In this document: positions 8,869 to 17,310 of the stretch, piece by piece
Layout of the letters: each line of letters begins with the position of its first letter
How positions within the stretch are numbered: position 1 is the stretch's first letter
Source of the DNA: an uncultured bacterium
GTDB lineage: Bacteria > Actinomycetota > Acidimicrobiia > Acidimicrobiales > VFJN01
Assembly: GCA_963756425.1 (NCBI GenBank)
Contig: CAVWNW010000003.1
Coordinates: forward strand, 117,642-181,641
Direction of reading: 5' to 3'
DNA length: 64,000 nt
Position numbers and translations under genes: made by a program
The notes under the pieces: model-generated
The model's input: the letters and a program-made list of their open reading frames with translations, nothing else
Told to the model about the DNA's origin: nothing
Databases searched by the model: none

Positions 8869-10147
8869 TTACTCGATGACTTCGCCGCAGAAGGCCTCGC
8901 CCTCGGTGACGGGCACGAACTCGCCACCCTCCACCTTGACGTAGTGGAAGCAGAGCCCATACGGCTGCCCGAAGCTCGCCTCGAAGTCGACCGCCGGGTT
9001 GAGGAGGCCGTCGGCGTCGAAGTCCGTCACCTGCCGCAGGTTCTCGATGAACGCCTCACGGGTGGGGCACTCCTCCCCGGCCTCCTGGATGCCGCGGATC
9101 AGCAGGTCACCGATGGCCCAGCCCTGCTCGACCTCCTGGGCGGGCGGGGTGTCGGGGCTGTACTGCTCGAGCGCGTCGAGCAGCTCCTGGTGGGCCGGCA
9201 GCTGCTCCTCGAACGGGACCAGGTCGGTGGAGAAGTACACGCCCTCGGCGGCGTCGCCCGCCTGCTCGAGCGTCGTCGGGCTGTATCCCGCCGGGAACAG
9301 GATGACCTTCATGTCCCCTCCGGCCTGCCGCACCGCGGAGGCGGCCGCCGAGCGCGTTCTGGGTGATGATCGGGAGGTAGAGCCCGTCGGCGCCGCTGGC
9401 CGCGACCTCCTCGGCCTCCGCGGTCCACTCCGTGTTGGCGTACGGGGCGTCGGTGCTGTTGAAGACGACCTCGCCGCCGGCGGCCTCGAACGACGTCTGC
9501 ATCCCCTCGGCCGCGGCCTGGGCGGAGGTCTGCGCGTAGCCGAGGATGGCCAGCTTCTCGACGCCCTGGTCCCGCAGGAACTCGCCGCCGGTCGTGGTCG
9601 CCGTGGGCTCGGGGGAGTTGCTTCCGCTGTAGCCGAACATGTTGTCGAACATGCCCCACTCGGGGTTCACGTTGTAGCCGACGACCGGGACGCCCTCGTC
9701 GTTCAGGTAGGGCGCAGGCCCGGCGATGACCGAGGAGGCGGCCATCACGGCGAAGACGTCCTGCTGCTCGACCAGCTCACGGGCCGCGGCCGTGGCCCGG
9801 TTGATGTCGGCGGCGTCATCGGCGGTCTCGATGACGATCTCGCGCCCACCGATGCCACCGTCAGCGTTCAGCTTGTCGATGCGCGCCTTGAAGCCGGCCT
9901 GGTGGAGGCCATCGAACGCGGCAGCCGGCGTGGTGAGCGACGACAGCTGGCCAATCTTGATCTCGTCGGCGCTGACACCGGGCGAATCACAGTCCCCGCC
10001 GCCACCCCCGGCGGCGTCCGACTCCGAGCCGCCGCCCGACGTGGTGCCGCTGTCATCGTCGTCGCCACAGGCGGCGGCGACGAGCGCGACGATGACCAGC
10101 AACAAGATCCCCAGACGGCCGACGCGGCCCTCCATCACAGCCTTCAC
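8869..10147 (-). pseudogene. LIV-type ABC substrate-binding lipoprotein, frame-disrupted as sequenced (+1 nt near 9335-9360)
   Basis: Signal peptide plus lipobox (LLLVIVALVAAAC) and the N-domain are in the frame of ORF 9107..10192 up to ..GADGLYLPIITQNA. The C-domain (..SAVRQAGGDMKVILFPAGY..) is in the frame of ORF 8869..9333. Length is 1279 nt (3n+1). AGGAGG lies 6 nt before GTG 10147. Confidence 0.65.
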
Positions 10148-10190
10148 GGCACCCCTCCTGCCATGGTTGGTCGACCTGTCCTTCGGCCGC

Positions 10191-10230
10191 ATCTATCTAT
10201 GTAACATTCATAAGATACAAATAGTAAGGG
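10191..10230. promoter_or_regulatory. AT-rich operator/promoter patch in the divergent SBP-operon / GntR region
   Basis: ATCTATCTATGTAACATTCATAAGATACAAATAGTAAGGG stands out in otherwise ~70% GC DNA. It contains the palindrome ATGT-A-ACAT (10199-10207) and a box shared with 49429-49441. Confidence 0.4.
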
Positions 10231-10376
10231 CAACGGGTCAACCGCCGCCGGGCCCGGCGGCGTCGGATTCGCCGGGCTCGTGACCTGATGTGAAAACCTT
10301 TCAGATGATGACGAGGGCCAGATGGTGATGACCGGTCGATTCCAGGGGCGCACGCGGCAGCTGAGCCAGCCAGCGC

Positions 10377-11159
10377 GTGGCCGAGATGGTGGCCGACATC
10401 CTCCGAGCACGGATCGTCGACGGTGAGCTGGCGGACGGCGACCTGCTTCCCAAGCAGGACGACCTGCTCGACGAGTTCCGTGTGTCCCGGCCGTCGATCC
10501 GAGAGGCGATGCGCATCCTCGAGACCGAGGGCCTGATCAGCGTCCGCAGGGGCAACATCGGTGGCGCCGAGGTCCACGCTCCGAAGGCGAGCAACGCCGC
10601 CTACATGCTGGGCCTGGTGATGCAGTCCCACCACGTCGACCTGGCCGACCTGGCCGAGGCCCTGCGCATCCTCGAACCCGATTGCGCGGCGCTGTGCGCG
10701 GCGCGCGACGACCGCGGCAAGGCCGTGGTGCCCCGGCTGCGTGAGCTGAACGACCAGGCCGAGGCCCACCTCGACGACGGCCCCGAGTTCACGCGGCTCG
10801 CCCGCCAGTTCCACGACGAGATGGTCGAGTCGTGCGGCAACACAACGATGATCCTGCTGGTCGGCACCCTCGAGACCCTGTGGTCATCGCTGGAGTCGCA
10901 ATGGGCCGAGACCATCGCCGCCGAGGGCCACTACCCCGAGGTCAGGTTGCGGAAGCTGGTGCTGAGGGCCCACGCCCGCCTGACCGACGCCATCGACGCC
11001 GGCAATCGCGAGCTGGCCCACCGCACCGCCCGCAAGCACCTCGACGAGTCGCAGCGGTACGTGCTCGCGACCAACGGCGACCACCGGGTGAACATCACCG
11101 GCCTGCGCTCGCACCTGGCGCCGGCGCCGGGCCGCGGCCCCGACGCGTATCTGGGCTAG
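10377..11159 (+). CDS. GntR-family transcriptional regulator, FadR/FCD-type C-terminal domain
   Basis: Winged-HTH LPKQDDLLDEFRVSRPSIREAMRILETEGLISVRRG followed by an all-helical C-domain. Divergent from the ABC operon. Confidence 0.85.
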   Translation: MAEMVADILRARIVDGELADGDLLPKQDDLLDEFRVSRPSIREAMRILETEGLISVRRGNIGGAEVHAPKASNAAYMLGLVMQSHHVDLADLAEALRILEPDCAALCAARDDRGKAVVPRLRELNDQAEAHLDDGPEFTRLARQFHDEMVESCGNTTMILLVGTLETLWSSLESQWAETIAAEGHYPEVRLRKLVLRAHARLTDAIDAGNRELAHRTARKHLDESQRYVLATNGDHRVNITGLRSHLAPAPGRGPDAYLG

Positions 11160-11207
11160 CGCCGGCGCTTCGCCGGCCCTCGTCACGCTGGGCAGGCAGC
11201 GACTCCC

Positions 11208-11301
11208 GAGGCAATAGGTTCCACTGAGACACGGATGAGGCAATAGGTTCCACCGTCGGAACTCATTGCCTCCGGCTTGCCGCGGCGGAACCGATTGCCT
11301 C
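11208..11301. repeat. Nested-palindrome intergenic element, copy 1 (four 15-nt units at offsets 0/29/50/79)
   Basis: GAGGCAATAGGTTCC at 11208 and 11237. The inverted units GGAACTCATTGCCTC and GGAACCGATTGCCTC are at 11258 and 11287. The element lies between convergent gene ends. Confidence 0.85.
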
Positions 11302-11323
11302 GGGTCTCGGCCCTCGTTGGGCG

Positions 11324-12217
11324 CTACGCGAAGTGCTTCGCCAGCAGCGGTAGCTCGCCCATGCTGTCGGGCGGGACCAGGTAGCCGGCCTCGTCGCGGA
11401 TCTCGTAGAGGTGGGCGTCCACGTCCTCGATGGTGAGGTCGGGCTTGAAGTACCCGGGCGTCACCGCAACGAAGACCCGGCCGACACGCCCTCCCCCGAC
11501 CGTGAAGACCTCGCCGGTGACCGAGCAGCGCTCGTGCGCCAACCAGGCGGCGACCGGGGCCACGAGCTCGGGGTCGAGCCAGTCGTGCATGTCGCCCAGC
11601 AGGCCGTCGGTCATCCGGGTCCGGGCCATCGGCGCGATGGCGTTCACCCTGATGCCGTGGGGCCCGCCCTCGATGGCGAGGACCCTGGTCATGCCCACCA
11701 CGCCCATCTTGGCGGCGCCGTAGTTGGCCTGGCCGAAGTTGCCGAGGATGCCGCTGGCCGACGACGTGAACACGACGCGCCCGTAGCCCCGCTCCCGCAT
11801 GACCCGCCAGGCCGGGAGGGTGACGAAGAACGAACCCCGCAGGTGGACGTCGAGCACGGGATCCAGCTCGTCGGGCGTCAGGTTGTGGAATGCCCGGTCC
11901 CGCAGGATGCCGGCGTTGTTGACGACGATGTCGATCCGGCCGAACGCCTCGAGCGCAGCGGCGACCAGCGCGCGGCCCCCCTCGGGCGTCGCGACGGTGT
12001 CGGTGTTCGCCAGTGCGACGCCGCCGCTGTCCTCGATCTCCTGTGCCACGGTGGCGGCCGGGCCGGCCGATGCCCCGGCGCCGTCGACCGAGCCGCCCAG
12101 GTCGTTCACCAACACCTGCGCGCCCCGGGCGGCCAGCAGCAGCGCGTGGGCGCGGCCGAGGCCGTTGCCGGCACCGGTCACGATCGCCACCCGGCCGTCG
12201 AACCCGAGATCCGCCAT
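11324..12217 (-). CDS. SDR, MFE-2-type (3R)-hydroxyacyl-CoA dehydrogenase-like
   Basis: VTGAGNGLGRAHA, NNAGILRD and NYGAAKMG motifs, plus a C-terminal extension typical of the MFE-2/Hsd4A N-domain group. Confidence 0.8.
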   Translation of the reverse strand: MADLGFDGRVAIVTGAGNGLGRAHALLLAARGAQVLVNDLGGSVDGAGASAGPAATVAQEIEDSGGVALANTDTVATPEGGRALVAAALEAFGRIDIVVNNAGILRDRAFHNLTPDELDPVLDVHLRGSFFVTLPAWRVMRERGYGRVVFTSSASGILGNFGQANYGAAKMGVVGMTRVLAIEGGPHGIRVNAIAPMARTRMTDGLLGDMHDWLDPELVAPVAAWLAHERCSVTGEVFTVGGGRVGRVFVAVTPGYFKPDLTIEDVDAHLYEIRDEAGYLVPPDSMGELPLLAKHFA

Positions 12218-12229
12218 CTCCGCTCCCTC

Positions 12230-14566
12230 CTAGAGGCCTGCCGGCCGGTCGCCGATCACCTGGGACTCGTGCAGGCGGTCGAGCTCCTCGGCGCTCAGCC
12301 CCAGCTCGCCGCCGAGGACCTCGTCGTTGTGCTGTCCCAGGCCGGGGGCCGGCCGGCGGCACCAGCGGTCGATGCCGCGCAGCCGGGCGAAGGGCAGGCC
12401 CGCGTACTCCGTCGACCCCGTGTCGGGGTGGTCGACCGTCTCGAAGAAGCCCCGCGTCCGGAGCTGCACGTTGTCGACGACGTCGGGGGGCAGCACCACG
12501 GACCCCGCCGCGATGCCGGCGGCGGCGAGCTCGTCCACCACGGCGTCGCGGTCGCGACCCGCGAACCACGCCGACAACTCCCGGTCGAGCAGGTCGTGCG
12601 CGGCGCGCCGGCCGCCGTGCGTCGCCAGCTGGGGATCAGCCGCCCACGCGGGATCGCCGAGCACCCGCCGGAGGCCCGCCCACTGGTCGTCGCCGGCCAC
12701 GGCCAGCGCCACCCACTGCTCCTCGCCGCGGCAGGCGTACACGTTCTGCGGTGCGGCCGCAGGCCCCCGGTTCCCCTCGCGCTCCAGCACGACGCCGTGC
12801 ACGTCGTGCTCTATGACCTGCTCGGCGGTGACGTTGAGGGCCACCTCGATCATGGGCAGCTCGAGCAGGCCGCCCTCGCCCGTCCGGTCGCGCCGGGCGA
12901 GCGCCGCCATCAGGGCGAACGCCGCGTGGATGCCCGCCAGGGGGTCGCAGGCGCCGCGGGGTGCCATGGGGGCACCGTCGGGGTAGCCGGTCAGCCAGGC
13001 CATGCCCGACAGCTGCTCCATCGTGGGCGCGAACCCGACCCGGTCCCGCCACGGGCCGTCGAGCCCGAACGCCGGCATGCGCACGACCACGGCCCGCGGG
13101 TTCACATCGAGGAGCACGTCGTCGCCGAGGCCGAACGCCTCCATGACCCGGGGCGAGAAGTTCTCGATGACCGCGTCGGCGCCGGCGACCAGCCGCTTGG
13201 CCAGGTCGACGCCCTCGGGCCGACCCAGGTCGAGCGTGACCGAGCGCTTGCCCACGTTCACGCCGTGGAACAGCCAGCTGTGCTCCCACCAGCGCTGGGT
13301 GCCTGCGGGGGGACTGGCGGCGAAGCGGATGCCGTCGGGCCGCTGGATCGACTCGACCTTCACGACGTCGGCGCCCAGGGCGGCGAGGAAGTGGGTGGCG
13401 GAGGGGCCGGCCCAGAAGGCGGTGAGGTCGACGATCCGGATCCCGCCCAGCGGCAACCCCGAGCGCCCGGGCGCGGGGGTGCGCTCCGGCACCCCACGAG
13501 CAACTGGGCGCGGCGAGAGCCGCCAGGGCGGCCGGGGCTGTCGGAAGCCGGCCGGGTTGCGTCGGAACACCCCGCGCTCCACGAAGTGGTCCATGTCCGG
13601 GATCGACGCGCCGTTGCCTAGCGGGGCCATCGGGATGCGGAACAGGCTGGCGGTCTCGACGATCTCCTCCACCGTCCGCTCGGCGAACCACGGGCGGATC
13701 AGGTCGTAGACCTCGCGGCGGCGTGGCCACCGCCCCAGCTGGTACCCCAGCTCCTTGTCCTCGGCCAACACCGGCTGCCCGACCATCGTGGCGAAGTCCT
13801 GCCACTGCTGGCCCGTCACCATCGAGGTGCCCACCCAGCCGTCCTTGGCCGGCTCGATGGACGGCACCTCGATCGAGCGGGCGAAGGACGGGAGGTCCAT
13901 GAGCCGGACGTGCAGCCACTCGAACGCCTGCATCGCCAGTGTCATGCACTCCAGCAGCGACACGTCCACGTGGTCGCCGGCGCCGGTGGCCGCCGCCCGC
14001 CGCTGCGCCGCGAGAGCCCCGGCGGCGGCGCAGACGCCCCCGACGTACTCCCCCACGCCGCCCCCGACCGACACCGGCGGCCGCTCAGGGACGCCGCGGA
14101 ACCCGGTGGCACCGCACCAGGCCTGGAGGGTGAACTCGGTGGCCGCCCGCTCGGCCCACGGACCCGTCCAGCCGAAGTCGGAGATCGTGACCAGCACCGC
14201 GGCCGGGTTGGCCACCCGCACGGCATCGACGTCGACGCCCAGGCGCGCGGCGCCCGCCGGGGTTGCGGTCAGCACGACGACGTCGGCGCCGCCCAGCGCC
14301 TCGCGCCGGTCGGCCGCGTGTCGCACCTTGCCCGCCGCCAGGTAGTGGAACAGCGGCGCGTCGCCGTTCAGCGCCGCCCCGCTCGCACTCCAGCGCCGCA
14401 GCGGATCGCCCCCGGGCGGCTCGACCTTGACCACGTCGGCGCCGGCGTCCGCCAGGAGCTTCCCGCAGTATGCGCCGGCGACGCGCTCGCTGAGCTCGAC
14501 GACACGCAGCCCCGCGAGGGGCCCGTCGGATGAGGGTGTCGCGGATGATGCACCAGGACGACGCAC
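12230..14566 (-). CDS. Tandem-fused family III CoA-transferase (two CaiB/BaiF-type domains, 778 aa)
   Basis: Two successive N-terminal signatures: LAGLRVVELSERVAGAYCGKLLADAGADVVKVEPPGGDPLRRW and LGGIRIVDLTAFWAGPSATHFLAALGADVVKVESIQRPDGIRF. Confidence 0.8.
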   Translation of the reverse strand: MRRPGASSATPSSDGPLAGLRVVELSERVAGAYCGKLLADAGADVVKVEPPGGDPLRRWSASGAALNGDAPLFHYLAAGKVRHAADRREALGGADVVVLTATPAGAARLGVDVDAVRVANPAAVLVTISDFGWTGPWAERAATEFTLQAWCGATGFRGVPERPPVSVGGGVGEYVGGVCAAAGALAAQRRAAATGAGDHVDVSLLECMTLAMQAFEWLHVRLMDLPSFARSIEVPSIEPAKDGWVGTSMVTGQQWQDFATMVGQPVLAEDKELGYQLGRWPRRREVYDLIRPWFAERTVEEIVETASLFRIPMAPLGNGASIPDMDHFVERGVFRRNPAGFRQPRPPWRLSPRPVARGVPERTPAPGRSGLPLGGIRIVDLTAFWAGPSATHFLAALGADVVKVESIQRPDGIRFAASPPAGTQRWWEHSWLFHGVNVGKRSVTLDLGRPEGVDLAKRLVAGADAVIENFSPRVMEAFGLGDDVLLDVNPRAVVVRMPAFGLDGPWRDRVGFAPTMEQLSGMAWLTGYPDGAPMAPRGACDPLAGIHAAFALMAALARRDRTGEGGLLELPMIEVALNVTAEQVIEHDVHGVVLEREGNRGPAAAPQNVYACRGEEQWVALAVAGDDQWAGLRRVLGDPAWAADPQLATHGGRRAAHDLLDRELSAWFAGRDRDAVVDELAAAGIAAGSVVLPPDVVDNVQLRTRGFFETVDHPDTGSTEYAGLPFARLRGIDRWCRRPAPGLGQHNDEVLGGELGLSAEELDRLHESQVIGDRPAGL

Positions 14567-16206
14567 TAGCGGCCCGCTGAGCGGCGGCGGAACGATACGT
14601 AGCCGGCCCGCTCACGATCCCAGGCAGCATCCGTGACGCCCCGCGCCCGGAGCTCGTGCTTGAGCACGCGGCCAACGGCGTTCTTGGGCAGCTCGGCGCA
14701 GACCTCGACGTACCGAGGGACGGCGAAGTACGGCAGCCGCTCCCGGCAGAAGTCCATGAACGGGACGACCTCCAGCGCCTCGCCGGGCTTCGCCACGACG
14801 CACACCATCACGTCGTCCTCACCCAGCTCGCTGGGCACGCCGATGGCGGCGATCTCGGCGACCGCCGGGTGCCGCAGCAGCGCCTGCTCCACCTCGAACG
14901 ACGAGATGTTCTCGCCGCGCCGCCGCATCGCGTCCTTCTTGCGGTCGACGTAGGTGAAGTTGCCCGCGTCGTCGAACCGGCCCAGGTCGCCGGTGTGGAA
15001 CCACAGGTTGCGCATCTGCTCGAGGGTGGCCGCGGGCCGGCCGTCGTAGCCCTCGAACATCGTGTGGGGCCGCCGCGGCCGGCACACGATCTCGCCCACC
15101 GTGCCGGCGGGGACCTCGTTGTCCTCGTCGTCGACGATCTTCACCTCGAAGTCGGGGTTGGCCCGGCCCGAGGCGCCCGGCGGGTTGTCGACGGCGACGC
15201 CCGCGTACGCCAGCGGGAACGCCTCGGTGGTGCCGTAGACGGTGACGATCCGGCAGCCGTAGCGCTCCTCGATGTCGTGGTAGATCTCCTTGGGCACCGG
15301 CGCCGCGGACAGGAAGCGGATGGGCAGGTCCTTGTCGCGCTCGTCCGGGGGCAGGTTCCACAGCATCACCACCAGTGCGCCGGCGAGTGCGATGCCGGCG
15401 GCGTCGTAGCGCCGCACCTGGTCCCAGGTGTTGGTGACGCTGAACACCTTCTCCAGCACGCCGGTCCCGCCCGCCAGCATCGGGCCGAGGACGGTGCCGA
15501 TCGCGCTCAGGTGGAACAGCGGCAGGGGGCCATAGACGGTCTCCCCGGGCTGGAGCCGCCAGCAGTCGACCATGGTCTGCGCCGCGGACAGCAGGTAGTG
15601 CTGCGTGACCAGAGCGCCCTTCGACCGACCGGTGGTCCCGGACGTGTAGAAGATGGCGCCCGGCCGGTTCCACGCCGGGCCTGCGGCGCCGGCCACGTCG
15701 CCGGTGTCGCCCTGCCGCAGCCGGTCGATGGGGTGCACGCTGATGCCGCCGGGTGCGCCGGGCAGGTCGCCGCTCGCCGCATCCCCATCGGCGCGCACGA
15801 AGATCGTCCGCAGGCTGGGGATGTCGGCCGCCACCGCCAGCAACCGGTCGGCCAGCGAGGCGTCGACGGCGACGGCCTTGGTCTGGCTGTCGCTGAGCTG
15901 GTTGGCCAGGAAGTCGCCGCGATAGGCGGCGTTGACAGGCACTGCGACGGCCCCGAGATAGGCGGCGCCGAACCAGGCGTCGATCCACTCCGCCGACGTC
16001 CCCATGTATATGGCCACGCGGTCGCCGGGTTCGATGCCCGAGGCCGCCAGCACGTTGGCGCTCGACACCGCCCGGGCGCGCATCTCGGCGTACGTCACCG
16101 GCTCGTCGAGGATGTACAGGAGCGGCTGGTCGGGGCGCTTCTGCGCCTGCTCGTCGAGGACCGAGGGGATCGTCAGGCGCTCGCCCACCGCCCACTCGCC
16201 GCCCAT
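14566..16206 (-). CDS. AMP-dependent acyl-CoA synthetase/ligase
   Basis: IFYTSGTTGRSKGA, YGTTE and the GDLGRFD..G...YVDRKKD motifs. ATG 16206 sits in an ATGA overlap with the Rieske gene. Confidence 0.85.
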   Translation of the reverse strand: MGGEWAVGERLTIPSVLDEQAQKRPDQPLLYILDEPVTYAEMRARAVSSANVLAASGIEPGDRVAIYMGTSAEWIDAWFGAAYLGAVAVPVNAAYRGDFLANQLSDSQTKAVAVDASLADRLLAVAADIPSLRTIFVRADGDAASGDLPGAPGGISVHPIDRLRQGDTGDVAGAAGPAWNRPGAIFYTSGTTGRSKGALVTQHYLLSAAQTMVDCWRLQPGETVYGPLPLFHLSAIGTVLGPMLAGGTGVLEKVFSVTNTWDQVRRYDAAGIALAGALVVMLWNLPPDERDKDLPIRFLSAAPVPKEIYHDIEERYGCRIVTVYGTTEAFPLAYAGVAVDNPPGASGRANPDFEVKIVDDEDNEVPAGTVGEIVCRPRRPHTMFEGYDGRPAATLEQMRNLWFHTGDLGRFDDAGNFTYVDRKKDAMRRRGENISSFEVEQALLRHPAVAEIAAIGVPSELGEDDVMVCVVAKPGEALEVVPFMDFCRERLPYFAVPRYVEVCAELPKNAVGRVLKHELRARGVTDAAWDRERAGYVSFRRRSAGR

Positions 16207-17279
16207 CACGAACCCTGCCCGTCGCCGACGCCGGCGGTTGCGCCATCCGACGGAAGCGTGTCCGGCGGGTAGAAGCGCTGCGCCCAGCGCCGGAGCGCGG
16301 CGTAGTCCTTGGCCTCCTCGACGGCGAAGTTGGGCTTGGGCAGGTACTTCATGTTCTCCCAGGTGAAGAAGTCCTGCTTGATGATCTCCTGCTGGAGCTG
16401 GATCCACTTCGCGGCCCGGCCCGTGGGCTTGTCGCCCGTGTCGCCGGGCTCCCGGATGCACGCCATCGTGAAGTAGTAGTCGGTGTAGTCGTCGTCGACG
16501 GGCGTGTGGCCCGTGATCTGGACCGAGGCCAACACCGCTGCGGGGAAGCGCACGAACCCGATGCTCAGCCCGAAGGTGTCGTAGACGACGGTCCCGTCGA
16601 CGGGGCCGTCAGGCGTGAGCCAGGTCGTCTCGTGGGCGCCCCCGTAGTTGACGTCGACCGTGGCGTGGAGGTGATGCTCGTGCAGCTCGAACGACGTCGT
16701 CTGGGCGGGGCGGTCGCCGTGGTGAACCGGCTGGATGTGGTAGGGGTCGGCGGCATTCTCGACGATCATCTGCGGGTGGACCTTGACCCGGTTCAACATC
16801 CGCGAGTGGGGGTGCAGGGGGTAGTAGTCGCCGGTCTCCAGCTCGGGCACGTGGGGCGGGTCCCACGTCGGCTCGCCGCCGTCGCGGTCGAACCACATCA
16901 GGACCATCCCGCACCACTCCATGACCGGGAACGACTGGATGCTGACGTTCTGCTTGCAGCGCTCCTTCGAGTACGGGATGAGGGCGTTGGAGCCGTCGCC
17001 CCGCCAGTGCCACCCGTGCCAGGGGCAGACGATGTCGTCGCCCTCGACGTGGCCGCCGACACCCAGATGCCCGCCGAGGTGCTGGCAGTAGGCGTCCAGC
17101 ACCGAGACCTCGCCCCCCTCGGTGCGGAAGCAGACGAGCTCCCGCCCGAAGTAGTGCAACCGTTTGACGTCCCCGGCCGCCACGTCCGACGACCAGGCCA
17201 CCACGAACCATCCGGCGGGGTAGCGATACGACGACACGGCCAACGGCGAGGCCGGCTGGCTCTCGTTCACGAGCGACAT
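16206..17279 (-). CDS. Rieske [2Fe-2S] non-heme-iron oxygenase, KshA-like
   Basis: CQHLGGHL...CPWHGWHW Rieske motif, ENAADPYHIQPVHH iron motif, and a C-terminal FFTWENMKY region as in the KshA family. GGAGG lies 8 nt before ATG 17279. Confidence 0.8.
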   Translation of the reverse strand: MSLVNESQPASPLAVSSYRYPAGWFVVAWSSDVAAGDVKRLHYFGRELVCFRTEGGEVSVLDAYCQHLGGHLGVGGHVEGDDIVCPWHGWHWRGDGSNALIPYSKERCKQNVSIQSFPVMEWCGMVLMWFDRDGGEPTWDPPHVPELETGDYYPLHPHSRMLNRVKVHPQMIVENAADPYHIQPVHHGDRPAQTTSFELHEHHLHATVDVNYGGAHETTWLTPDGPVDGTVVYDTFGLSIGFVRFPAAVLASVQITGHTPVDDDYTDYYFTMACIREPGDTGDKPTGRAAKWIQLQQEIIKQDFFTWENMKYLPKPNFAVEEAKDYAALRRWAQRFYPPDTLPSDGATAGVGDGQGS

Positions 17280-17310
17280 CACACTCCCCTCCTCGCTAAC
17301 TTATAAATGA

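Noticed and set aside
10245-10260. Perfect 16-bp GC palindrome CCGCCGGGCCCGGCGG in the GntR/SBP intergenic region
   Set aside because: GC-only palindromes of this kind are frequent in high-GC DNA. It has no T-tract or positional argument for terminator or operator function.
11208-11301. 29-nt-periodic units (also at 22352-22445) as a mini-CRISPR or a tRNA-like gene
   Set aside because: The units are arranged as nested inverted repeats, not direct repeats with spacers. No cloverleaf or anticodon architecture is present.
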